From Hypanus sabinus (taxonomy: Eukaryota): a stretch of DNA of 64,000 nt. This document shows positions 24,838 through 37,499 of the stretch, one piece after another. Position numbers and translations under genes: made by a program. The notes beneath the pieces are model-generated. The model made no database searches and was not told where the DNA came from. It saw only the letters and a list, made by a program, of their open reading frames with translations. Position 1 is the stretch's first letter. Each line of letters opens with the position of its first letter. The DNA lies in NCBI RefSeq assembly GCF_030144855.1, contig NC_082710.1, positions 183,706,001 through 183,770,000 on the forward strand, written 5' to 3'.

Positions 24838-27800
24838 TCCCGGTGCCATGGACACAGACGTACTGGGTCCGGTGCCTTGGACACAGACGTACTGGGTCCG
24901 GTGCCTTGGACACAGACGTACTGGGTCCGGTGCCATGGACACAGACGTACTGGGTCCGGTGCCATGGACACAGACGTACTGGGTCCGGTGCCTTGGGCAC
25001 AGGCGTACTGGGTCCGGTGCCTTGGGCACAGGCGTACTGGGTCCGGTGCCTTGGACACAGGCGTACTGGGTCCGGTGCCATGGACGCAGACGTACTGGGT
25101 CCGGTGCCTTGGACGCAGACGTACTGGGTCCGGAGCCATGGGCACAGACGTACTGGGTCCGGTGCCATGGACGCAGACGTACTGGGTCCGGTGCCATGGA
25201 CGCAGACGTACTGGGTCCGGTGCCATGGACACAGGCGTACTGGGTCCGGTGCCATGGACACAGGCGTACTGGCTCCGGTGCCATGGACACAGGCGTACTG
25301 GGTCCGGTGCCATGGACACAGGCGTACTGGGTCCGGTGCCTTGGGCGCAGAAGTACTGGGTCCGGTGCCATGGACGCAGACGTACTGGGTCCGGTGCCTT
25401 GGACGCAGACGTACAGGGTCCGGTGCCATGGACGCAGACGTACTGGGTCCGGTGCCTTGGACGCAGACGTACTGGGTCCTGTGCCTTGGACGCAGACGTA
25501 CTGGGTCCGGTGCCATGGGCGCAGACGTACTGGGTCCGGTGCCATGGACGCAGACGTACTGGGTCCGGTGCCATGGACGCAGGCGTACTGGGTCCGGTGC
25601 CTTGGACGCAGGCGTACTGGGTCCGGTGCCTTGGACGCAGGCGTACTGGGTCCGGTGCCTTGGACGCAGACGTACTGGGTCCGGTGCCTTGGGCTGAGAC
25701 GTACTGGGTCCGGTGCCTTGGACGCAGACGTACTGGGTCCGGTGCCTTGGACGCAGACGTACTGGGTCCGGTGCCATGGACGCAGACGTACTGGGTCCGG
25801 TGCCTTGGACGCAGACGTACTGGGTCCGGTGCCTTGGACGCAGACGTACTGGGTCCGGTGCCTTGGACGCAGACGTACTGGGTCCGGTGCCTTGGACGCA
25901 GACGTACTGGGTCCGGTGCCATGGACGCAGACGTACTGGGTCCGGTGCCATGGACGCAGACGTACTGGGTCCGGTGCCTTGGGCGCAGACGTACTGGGTC
26001 CGTTGCCTTGGGCGCAGAAGTACTGGGTCCGGTGCCTTGGGCGCAGACGTACTGGGTCCGGTGCCTTGGGCGCAGACGTACTGGGTCCGGTGCCTTGGAC
26101 GCAGACGTACTGGGTCCGGTGCCATGGACGCAGACGTACTGGGTCCGGTGCCTTGGACGCAGACGTACTGGGTCCGGTGCCTTGGACGCAGACGTACTGG
26201 GTCCGGTGCCTTGGACGCAGACGTACTGGGTCCGGTGCCTTGGACGCAGACGTACTGGGTCCGGTGCCTTGGACGCAGACGTACTGGGTCCGGTGCCTTG
26301 GGCGCAGTCGTACTGGGTCCGGTGCCTTGGGCGCAGACGTACTGGGTCCGGTGCCTTGGGCGCAGACGTACTGGGTCCGGTGCCTTGGGCGCAGACGTAC
26401 TGGGTCCGGTGCCTTGGGCGCAGACGTACTGGGTCCGGTGCCTTGGGCGCAGAAGTACTGGGTCCGGTGCCTTGGGCGCAGACGTACTGGGTCCGTTGCC
26501 TTGGACTCAGACGTACTGGGTCCGTTGCCTTGGACGCAGGCGTACTGGGTCCGGTGCCTTGGACGCAGGCGTACTGGGTCCGGTGCCTTGGACGCAGACG
26601 TACTGGGTCCGGTGCCTTGGACGCAGGCGTACTGGGTCCGGTGCCTTGGACGCAGACGTACTGGGTCCGGTGCCTTGGGCTGAGACGTACTGGGTCCGGT
26701 GCCTTGGACGCAGACGTACTGGGTCCGGTGCCTTGGACGCAGACGTACTGGGTCCGGTGCCATGGACGCAGACGTACTGGGTCCGGTGCCTTGGACGCAG
26801 ACGTACTGGGTCCGGTGCCTTGGACGCAGACGTACTGGGTCCGGTGCCTTGGACGCAGACGTACTGGGTCCGGTGCCTTGGACGCAGACGTACTGGGTCC
26901 GGTGCCATGGACGCAGACGTACTGGGTCCGGTGCCATGGACGCAGACGTACTGGGTCCGGTGCCTTGGGCGCAGACGTACTGGGTCCGGTGCCTTGGGCG
27001 CAGAAGTACTGGGTCCGGTGCCTTGGGCGCAGACGTACTGGGTCCGGTGCCTTGGGCGCAGACGTACTGGGTCCGGTGCCTTGGACGCAGACGTACTGGG
27101 TCCGGTGCCATGGACGCAGACGTACTGGGTCCGGTGCCTTGGACGCAGACGTACTGGGTCCGGTGCCTTGGACGCAGACGTACTGGGTCCGGTGCCTTGG
27201 ACGCAGACGTACTGGGTCCGGTGCCTTGGACGCAGACGTACTGGGTCCGGTGCCTTGGGCGCAGACGTACTGGGTCCGGTGCCTTGGGCGCAGTCGTACT
27301 GGGTCCGGTGCCTTGGGCGCAGACGTACTGGGTCCGGTGCCTTGGGCGCAGACGTACTGGGTCCGGTGCCTTGGGCGCAGACGTACTGGGTCCGGTGCCT
27401 TGGGCGCAGAAGTACTGGGTCCGGTGCCTTGGGCGCAGACGTACTGGGTCCGTTGCCTTGGACTCAGACGTACTGGGTCCGTTGCCTTGGACGCAGGCGT
27501 ACTGGGTCCGGTGCCTTGGACGCAGGCGTACTGGGTCCGGTGCCTTGGACGCAGGCGTACTGGGTCCGGTGCCTTGGACGCAGGCGTACTGGGTCCGGTG
27601 CCTTGGACGCAGGCGTACTGGGTCCGGTGCCATGGACGCAGGCGTACTGGGTCCGGTGCCTTGGACGCAGGCGTACTGGGTCCGGTGCCTTGGACGCAGG
27701 CGTACTGGGTCCGGTGCCTTGGACGCAGGCGTACTGGGTCCGGTGCCTTGGACGCAGACGTACTGGGTCCGGTGCCTTGGGCGGAGACGTACTGGGTCCG

Positions 27801-30300
27801 GTGCCTTGGGCGCAGACGTACTGGGTCCGGTGCCTTGGACGCAGACGTACTGGGTCCGGTGCCTTGGACGCAGACGTACTGGGTCCGGTGCCTTGGACGC
27901 AGACGTACTGGGTCCGGTGCCTTGGACGCAGACGTACTGGGTCCGGTGCCATGGACGCAGACGTACTGGGTCCGGTGCCTTGGACGCAGACGTACTGGGT
28001 CCGGTGCCTTGGACGCAGACGTACTGGGTCCGGTGCCTTGGACGCAGACGTACTGGGTCCGGTGCCTTGGACGCAGACGTACTGGGTCCGGTGCCTTGGA
28101 CGCAGACGTACTGGGTCCGGTGCCTTGGACGCAGACGTACTGGGTCCGGTGCCTTGGACGCAGACGTACTGGGTCCGGTGCCATGGACGCAGACGTACTG
28201 GGTCCGGTGCCTTGGACGCAGACGTACTGGGTCCGGTGCCTTGGACGCAGACGTACTGGGTCCGGTGCCATGGGCGCAGACGTACTGGGTCCGGTGCCAT
28301 GGACGCAGACGTACTGGGTCCGGTGCCATGGACGCAGGCGTACTGGGTCCGGTGCCTTGGACGCAGGCGTACTGGGTCCGGTGCCTTGCACGCAGACGTA
28401 CTGGGTCCGGTGCCTTGGGCGCAGACGTACTGGGTCCGGTGCCTTGGACACAGACGTACTGGGTCCGGTGCCTTGGACGCAGACGTACAGGGTCCGGTGC
28501 CTTGGGCAGAGACGTACTGGGTCCGGTGCCTTGGACACAGACGTACTGGGTCCGGTGCCTTGGACGCAGACGTACTGGGTCCGGTGCCTTGGACGCAGAC
28601 GTACTGGGTCCGGTGCCATGGACGCAGACGTACTGGGTCCGGTGCCTTGGACGCAGACGTACTGGGTCCGGTGCCTTGGACGCAGACGTACTGGGTCCGG
28701 TGCCTTGGACGCAGACGTACTGGGTCCGGTGCCTTGGACGCAGACGTACTGGGTCCGGTGCCATGGACGCAGACGTACTGGGTCCGGTGCCTTGGACGCA
28801 GACGTACTGGGTCCGGTGCCTTGGACGCAGACGTACTGGGTCCGGTGCCATGGGCGCAGACGTACTGGGTCCGGTGCCTTGGGCGCAGACGTACTGGGTC
28901 CGGTGCCTTGGGCGCAGAAGTACTGGGTCCGGTGCCTTGGACGCAGACGTACTGGGTCCGGTGCCTTGGATGCAGACGTACTGGGTCCGGTGCCCTGGAC
29001 GCAGACGTACTGGGTCCGGTGCCTTGGGCGCAGGAGTACTGGGTCCGGTGCCTTGGGCGCAGACGTACTGGGTCCGGTGCCTTGGGCGCAGGCGTACTGG
29101 GTCCGTTGCCTTGGACGCAGGCGTACTGGGTCCGGTGCCTTGGACGCAGGCGTACTGGGTCCGGTGCCTTGGGCGCAGGCGTACTGGGTCCGGTGCCTTG
29201 GGCACAGACGTACTGGGTCCGGTGCCTTGGACGCAGGCGTACTGGGTCCGGTGCCTTGGACGCAGGCGTACTGGGTCCGGTGCCATGGACGCAGGCGTAC
29301 TGGGTCCGGTGCCTTGGACGCAGGCGTACTGGGTCCGGTGCCTTGGACGCAGACGTACTGGGTCCGGTGCCTTGGACGCAGGCGTACTGGGTCCGGTGCC
29401 TTGGACGCAGGCGTACTGGGTCCGGTGCCATGGACGCAGGCGTACTTGGTCCGGTGCCTTGGACGCAGGCGTACTGGGTCCGGTGCCTTGGACGCAGACG
29501 TACTGGGTCCGGTGCCATGGACGCAGACGTACTGGGTGCGGTGCCTTGGACGCAGACGTACTGGGTCCGGTGCCTTGGGCGGAGACGTACTGGGTCCGGT
29601 GCCTTGGACGCAGACGTACTGGGTCCGGTGCCTTGGACGCAGACGTACTGGGTCCGGTGCCTTGGACGCAGACGTACTGGGTCCGGTGCCTTGGACGCAG
29701 ACGTACTGGGTCCGGTGCCATGGACGCAGACGTACTGGGTCCGGTGCCTTGGACGCAGACGTACTGGGTCCGGTGCCTTGGACGCAGACGTACTGGGTCC
29801 GGTGCCTTGGACGCAGACGTACTGGGTCCGGTGCCTTGGACGCAGACGTACTGGGTCCGGTGCCTTGGACGCAGACGTACTGGGTCCGGTGCCTTGGACG
29901 CAGACGTACTGGGTCCGGTGCCTTGGACGCAGACGTACTGGGTCCGGTGCCATGGACGCAGACGTACTGGGTCCGGTGCCTTGGACGCAGACGTACTGGG
30001 TCCGGTGCCTTGGACGCAGACGTACTGGGTCCGGTGCCATGGGCGCAGACGTACTGGGTCCGGTGCCATGGGCACAGACGTACTGGGTCCGGTGCCTTGG
30101 ACACAGGCGTACTGGGTCCGGTGCCTTGGACGCAGACGTACTGGGTCCGGTGCCATGGGCGCAGACGTACTGGGTCCGGTGCCATGGGCACAGACGTACT
30201 GGGTCCGGTGCCATGGGCACAGACGTACTGGGTCCGGTGCCATGGGCACAGACGTACTGGGTCCGGTGCCTTGGACACAGGCGTACTGGGTCCAGTGCTT
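24838..30300. repeat. 29-bp CpG-rich minisatellite (gtactgggtccggtgccttggacgcagac), about 188 copies
   Basis: Tandem period of 29; 29-aa (3-unit) repeats in the ORF track on both strands. Confidence 0.97.
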
Positions 30301-31219
30301 TGTCACAGCACAGGGGGCTGAAGGGTGTTGCGAACAACATTGCCCGTATCAAAAAGGAACTGGCAGCTGTGGATTGGGACTGGGTGTTTCCTGGCAAAGG
30401 TGCACTTGGTAAGTGGGAGGTCTTCAAAAGAGAAATTGAGGGTACGGAGTTTGTATGTTCCTGTCAGAATAAAAGGGACAGATAACAGGTTGAGAGAGAT
30501 ACTGAGGCCCAGGTTATGTAAAAGATGGAAGTGTGGACAGCAAGGAACAAATGAGGTACTTGAGGAGTATAAGAAATGCAACCGAGCACTGGAGAAGGAA
30601 ACCAGGAGGGCTGAAAGAACATAAGAACATATGAAATAGGAGCAGGAGTAGGCCATCTGGCCCATCGACGTACAAAATCCCCTCAGACTTGTAATGAAAT
30701 ATAGCTGCTGTTATCTCTTCTTCATAATTACTCCAATATGTTGGGCTCGGGATAGATCTTCAGAGGTGTTGATGTTTAATGAGACCGTTGCTGATCTGGC
30801 CGTGGACTCAACTCCACCTCCCTCCCTTTTCCCCGAATCCTTCATCCCACTAAGTCTGCCTTTAACAAATTTCATGAGGTGCCTCTACTGCTTCGTCCGG
30901 CCGAGAATTCCGCAGCTCACACCTCTCTTGGAAAAGCAGTTTCTCTTCATCTCCATCCTAAATTTATTCCTTGAATCTTGAGGTTGTGTCCCCTTGTTCT
31001 AGAACATTGAACATAGAAATATGCAATGCATTACAGGCCCTTCGGCCCACAACGTTGTGCCAACCGTGTAACCTACTCTAGAAACTGCCTAGAATTACCC
31101 TAGTGCATTGCCCTCTATTTTCCTAAGCTCCATGAATCTATCTATAAAAGACACTATCGTATCCACTATTGTTCTCGTCCAGGCATAGCTCAAATACCAT
31201 CTATAAATTTGCTGACAAT

Positions 31220-32060
31220 GCAACTATTGTTGGTAGAATCTCAGGTGGTGATGACAGGGCATAGAGGAGTGAGATATGCCAACTAGTGGAGTGGTGCCAC
31301 AGCAACAACCTGGCACTCAACGTCAGTAAGACGAAAGAGGCTGATTGTGGATTTCAGGTAGGGTAAGATGAAAGAACACTTACCAATCCTCATAGAGGGA
31401 TCAGAAATGGACAGAGTGAGCAGCTTCAAGTTCCTGGGTGTCAAGATCTCTAAGGATCTAACCTGGTCCCAACATATCGATGTAGTTACGAAGAAGGCAA
31501 GACAGTGGCTATACTTTATTAGGGGTTTGAAGAGATTTGGCATGTCAACCAATACACTCAAAAACTTCTATAGTTGTAGTGCAGAGAGCATTCTGGCAGG
31601 CTGCATCACTGTCTGGTATGGAGGGGCTATTGTACAGGACCGAAAGAGGCTGCAGAAGGTGGTAATTCTAGTCAGCTCCATCTTGGGTACTAGCCTACAA
31701 AGTACGCAGGATATCTTTAGGGAGCAGTGTCTCAGAAAGGCAGCGTCCATTATTAAGGACCTCCAGCACCCAGGGCATGCCCTTTTCTCACTGTTACGAT
31801 CAAGTAGGAGGTACAGAAGCCTGACGGCACACACTCAGCGATTCAGGAACAGCTTCTTCCCCTAAATGGACATTGAATCTTTGGACACTACCTCATTTTT
31901 TTTAATATACAGTATTCCTGTTTTTGCATGTTTTTAAAAAATCTATTCAATAGACACAATGTATTTATTTTTTCTGCTAGATTACGTATTGCATTGAACT
32001 GCTGCTGCTAAGTTAACAAATCTCACGTCACATGCCAATGGTAACAAACCTGATTCTGAC
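31220..32060 (+). mobile_element. Rex1/Babar-type LINE 3' portion
   Basis: EGSEMDRVSSFKFLGV..AESILAGCITVWYG..IIKDLQHPGHALFSLLRSSRRYRSL..RFRNSFF; (ctgatt) tail. Confidence 0.8.
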
Positions 32061-32539
32061 TTACCAGTGGAAATAACTTTCCTGTCTCTATCTTCTCTAT
32101 CTCTTTCATAATGAAATGTTTCTATATGACCTCCCCTTCTGAATTCTTAATTCCAGTGAATATAGTGACTCAAACTCTCCTGGAAGATAATCCTTCTCTG
32201 CCCAACCAACCTGGTGAACCTCCTCTGCACCAGACCCAAAGCCAGTATGTATCTTTCCCCTATCGAGGAGAGACGGGTGGGATGATGGAACCAAGGAGGG
32301 AAGAAGAGGTTTGCAGAAGACCAGGGATGGGAGTGGGGATGAAGGGGGCAGTTCAGGGCAGAGGAGAAAGGAGGACAATGGAGGTCAAGTAAGTATAGGA
32401 GAGGAGGGTGGGGAAGGGAGATCCAGGGAAGGGGATGGTGGAGAGAAATGTGGAGAATGAGGTGAGGGTGGAGGAAGGGGATGAGAGGAGGAGGGTGGGA
32501 AGGGAGGTAAGAAAGGAAACATTTAGTTGGGCAGTGTGC

Positions 32540-33130
32540 ATGTAAGGTGGAGGATGTAGGAAAACTGGGGACCAGACAGGTGGGAGAAAACTGCAGCAGC
32601 TGGGCAACTGATGTTCCCTCAAGCTTCTTTGCTCCACGTGTCAGAAAGGGCCGGATCTCCGGATGCCACCCATTCAACCTGACTTCCCACTTTCAGGCTG
32701 GAGGAGTAACACCTCATATCGATCAGGTAGCCTCCAACCTGATGGCAGAACAATCGATTTCTCTGTTCATTCCCCTCCCCATTCACTCTCTTTCCATTCC
32801 CCATTCAAGTTCACCTATCACCCCATCTCTTCTCCTCACCTGCCCTTCACCTCCCTCTGGTTCCCTTTCACCCTCGGTCCACTCTCCTCTCCTATCAGAT
32901 TCCTCATTCTCCATCCTCTTCCACCTACCACCCCCAGCTTATCTCCCTCTCACCCACCCGCCTTCCCCTCACTGGCTGTCAGCTTGTACAACTGCCCGCT
33001 ACTTCCCCCCCCTTTCCAACCAGGACGAAGGCTCTCAGCCCGAAACGTTGACTGTCTGTTCACTTCCCTGGCCAGCTGAGCTCCTGCAGCATTTTGCGTG
33101 TGTTACCGAGGATTTCCAGCATCTGTAAAA
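32540..33130 (+). mobile_element. Penelope-like element 3' fragment
   Basis: Degenerate RLEEQHLIFRLGSLQPDG motif (GIY-YIG C-terminus) plus pyrimidine-rich 3' region; similar copies at 40530-40930(-), 41380-41690(-), 50830-51400(+). Confidence 0.55.
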
Positions 33131-33544
33131 TCTGTGCTTGTGATGGTCCTCTCCTCTACAACCCTTCGCAATTTCTCCCTGTTCCCTCCTAGCCCCCACT
33201 CTTTCCACTCTGGTCATTTTCCTTCACAATCCCCCAACTCCCTCCTTTGTGGTATATCATGGGACATAGGAGTCAAGTCAGGCCATTCTGCCCATCAGTA
33301 CTGCTCCACGGCTGATTTATTATCCCTCACAACCCCATTCTCCTGCCTTTTCCTTGTAACATTTGACGTCCTGACTTAATCAATAATCTATCAACCTCCA
33401 CTTTAAATATACCCAATGACTTGGCCTCCTCAGTCATTTGTGGCGATGAATTCCACAGATTCTACACCCTCTGGCTAAATAAATTTCTCCTCATATCTGT
33501 TCAAATAGATGTCCCTCTATTCTGAGACTGTGCCCTCTGGTCCG

Positions 33545-36500
33545 AGACTTCCCCACTATAGGAAACATCCTCTCCACATCCACTCTATCTGTGTCCTCTG
33601 GTCCTAGACTCCCCCACTAAAGGAAACATCCTCTCCACACCCACTCTATCTGTGTCCTCTGGTCCTAGACTCCCCCACTATAGGAAACATCCTCTCCACA
33701 TCCACTCTATCTGTGTCCTCTGGTCCTAGACTCCCCCACTATAGGAAGCATCCTCTCCACATCCACTCTATCTGTGTCCTGTGGTCCTAGACTCCCCCAC
33801 TATAGGAAACATCCTCTCCCCATCCACTCTATCTGTGTCCTCTGGTCCTAGACTCCCCCACTATAGGAAACATCCTCTCCATATCCTCTCTATCTGTGCC
33901 CTCTGGTCATAGACTCCCCCACTATAGGAAACATCCTCTCCACATCCACTCTCTCTGTGCCCTCTGTTCCTAGACTCTCCCACTATAGGAAACATCCTCT
34001 CCACACCCAATCTATCTGTGTCCTCTGGTCCTAGACTCCCCCACTATAGGAAACATCCTCTCCACACCCAATCTATCTGTGTCCTCTGGTCCTAGACTCC
34101 CCCACTATAGGAAACATCCTCTCCACACCCAATCTATCTGTGTCCTCTGGTCCTAGACTCCCCCACTATAGGAAACATCCTCTCCACATCCACTCTATCT
34201 GTGTCCTCTGGTCCTAGACTCCCCCACTATAGGAAACATCCTCTCCACACCCAATCTATCTGTGTCCTCTGGTCCTAGACTCCCCCACTATAGGAAACAT
34301 CCTCTCCACATCCACTCTATCTGTGTCCTCTGGTCCTAGACTCCCCCACTATAGGAAGCATCCTCTCCACATCCACTCTATCTGTGTCCTGTGGTCCTAG
34401 ACTCCCCCACTATAGGAAACATCCTCTCCCCATCCACTCTATCTGTGTCCTCTGGTCCTAGACTCCCCCACTATAGGAAACATCCTCTCCATATCCTCTC
34501 TATCTGTGCCCTCTGGTCATAGACTCCCCCACTATAGGAAACATCCTCTCCACATCCACTCTCTCTGTGCCCTCTGTTCCTAGACTCTCCCACTATAGGA
34601 AACATCCTCTCCACACCCAATCTATCTGTGTCCTCTGGTCCTAGACTCACCCACTATAGGAAACATCCTCTCCACATCCACTCTATCTGTGTCCTCTGGT
34701 CCTAGACTCCCCCACTATAGGAAACATCCTCTCCACATCCAATCTATCTGTGTCCTCTGGTCCTAGACTCCCCCACTATAGGAAACATCCTCTCCACATC
34801 CACTCTATCTGTGTCCTCTGGTAATAGACTCTCCCACTATAGGAAACATCCTCTCCACATCCACTCTATCTGTGTCCTCTGGTCCTAGACTCTCCCACTA
34901 TAGGAAACATCCTCTCCACATCCACTCTATCTGTGTCCTCTGGTCCTAGACTCTCCCACTATAGGAAACATCCTCTCCACATCCACTCTATCTGTGTCCT
35001 CTGGTAATAGACTCTCCCACTATAGGAAACATCCTCTCCACATCCACTCTATCTGTGTCCTCTGGTCCTAGTCTCTCCCACTATAGGAAATATCCTCTCC
35101 ACATCCACTCTATCTGTGTCCTCTGGTCCTAGACTCCCCCACTATAGGAAACATCCTCTCCACATCCACTCTATCTGTGTCCTCTGGTCATAGACTCCCC
35201 CACTATAGGAAACATCCTCTCCACATCCACTCTATCTGTGTCCTCTGGTCCTAGACTCCCCCACTATAGGAAACATCCTCTCCACATCCTCTCTATCTGT
35301 GTCCTCTGGTCCTAGACTCCCCCACTATAGGAAACATCCTCTCCACACCCAATCTATCTGTGTCCTCTGGTCCTAGACTCCCCCACTATAGGAAACATCC
35401 TCTCCACATCCACTCTGTCTGTGCCCTCTGGACCTAGACTCCCCCACTATAGGAAACATCCTCTCCACATCCTCTCTATCTGTGCCCTCTGGTCATAGAC
35501 TCTCCCACTATAGGAAACATCCTCTCCACATCCTCTCTATCTGTGCCCTCTGGTCATAGACTCTCCCACTATAGGAAACATCCTCTCCACATCCTCTCTA
35601 TCTGTGCCCTCTGGTCATAGACTCTCCCACTATAGGAAACACCCTCTCCACATCCACTCTATCTGTGTCCTCTGGTCCTAGACTCCCCCACTATAGGAAA
35701 CATCCTCTCCACATCCACTCTATCTGTGTCCTCTGTTCCTAGACTCCCCCACTATAGGAAACACCCTCTCCACATCCACTCTATCTGTGCCCTCTGGTCA
35801 TAGACTCCCCCACTATAGGAGACATCCTCTCCACACCCACTCTCTCTGTGCCCTCTGTTCCTAGACTCCCCACTATAGGAGACATCCTCTCCACACCCAC
35901 TCTATCTGTGTCCTCTGGTCCTAGACTCCCCCCCTATAGGAAACATCCTCTCCACACCCACTCTGTCTGTGTCCTCTGGTCCTAGACTCCCCCACTATAG
36001 GAAACATCCTCTCCACACCCACTCTATCTGTGCCCTCTGGTCATAGACTCCCCCCCTATAGGAAACATCCTCTCCACATCCACTCTGTGTCCTCTAGTCC
36101 TAGACTCCCCCACGATAGGAAACATCCTCTCCACATCCACTCTATCTGTGTCCTCTGGTCCTAGACTCTCCCACTATAGGAAACACCCTCTCCACATCCA
36201 CTCTATCTGTGCCCTCTGGTCATAGACTCCCCCACTATAGGAGACATCCTCTCCACACCCACTCTCTCTGTGCCCTCTGTTCCTAGACTCCCCACTATAG
36301 GAGACATCCTCTCCACACCCACTCTATGTGTGTCCTCTGGTCCTAGACTCCCCCCCTATAGGAAACATCCTCTCCACACCCACTCTGTCTGTGTCCTCTG
36401 GTCCTAGACTCCCCCACTATAGGAAACATCCTCTCCACACCCACTCTATCTGTGCCCTCTGGTCATAGACTCCCCCCCTATAGGAAACATCCTCTCCACA

Positions 36501-37110
36501 TCCACTCTGTGTCCTCTAGTCCTAGACTCCCCCACGATAGGAAACATCCTCTCCACATCCACTCTATCTGTGCCCTCTGGTCCTAGACTCCCCCACTATA
36601 GGAAACATCCTCTCCACACCCACTCTATCTGTGCCCTCTGGTCATAGACTCCCCCCCTATAGGAAACATCCTCTCTACATCCACTCTGTGTCCTCTAGTC
36701 CTAGACTCCCCCACGATAGGAAACATCCTCTCCACACCCACTCTATCTGTGTCCTCTGGTCCTAGACTCCCCCCCTATAGGAAACATCCTCTCCACACCC
36801 ACTCTGTCTGTGTCCTCTGGTCCTAGACACCCCCACTATAGGAAACATCCTCTCCACACCCACTCTATCTGTGCCCTCTGGTCATAGACTCCCCCCCTAT
36901 AGGAAACATCCTCTCCACATCCACTCTGTGTCCTCTAGTCCTAGACTCCCCCACGATAGGAAACATCCTCTCCACATCTACTCTATCTGTGTCCTCTGGT
37001 CCTAGACTCCCCCACTATAGGAAACATCCTCTCCACATTCACTCCATCTATGTCCTCTGGTCCTAGACTCCCCCCACTATAGGAAACACCCTCTCCACAT
37101 CCACTGTCTC
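33545..37110 (-). repeat. 61-bp CR1-derived minisatellite in reverse orientation, about 58 copies
   Basis: Reverse complement of the 22775-23630 unit; marker variant ataggaagca recurs at 33741 and 34351 (610 bp = 10 units). Confidence 0.95.
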
Positions 37111-37335
37111 TGTGCCCTCTCAGTATTCGCCAGGTTTCAGTGAGATTCCACCCTCCCCATTCTAAGTTCCAGTGAGTTCAGGCTCAGAGTCATCAAACAC
37201 TCTCACGTTAACCTTTTCATTCCCAGGAATATTCTCATATTCAACCATTTGGTAGTGACTGCCCTCTGAGAGACAGGTTGTGAGGAGGTGGTTCTTCCTA
37301 CTATGTCTGCCTCACCTGGCTCCTCCTGCCCACAG

Positions 37336-37443
37336 ATCCAAGCAATGGCTGCCAACCTTCAGGGCATCCTGGACCACGCGGAGACCAAGAGACTCAATGC
37401 CTTTTCTGCCAAGCTGACTGGGCAGCTGAGGAAGCTTGAGAAG
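37336..37443 (+). CDS. OLFML2-like exon 3 (coiled coil IQAMAANLQGILDHAETKRLNAFSAKLTGQLRKLEK)
   Basis: Acceptor ggctcctcctgcccacag| and donor AAG|gtacgt; 108 nt (36 aa), phase 0-0; aligns without gaps to the recalled 36-aa OLFML2A segment [36 protein letters not shown]. Confidence 0.85.
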
Positions 37444-37499
37444 GTACGTGGCCTCCATTCTGCTCGGGATGGGGATGTTTCTACAATGTAAAGGTCAAG

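Noticed and set aside
24687-30485. Multiple 1200-1860-aa ORFs on both strands
   Set aside because: A 29-bp unit lacking stops in most frames; the same pattern on both strands indicates an artefact
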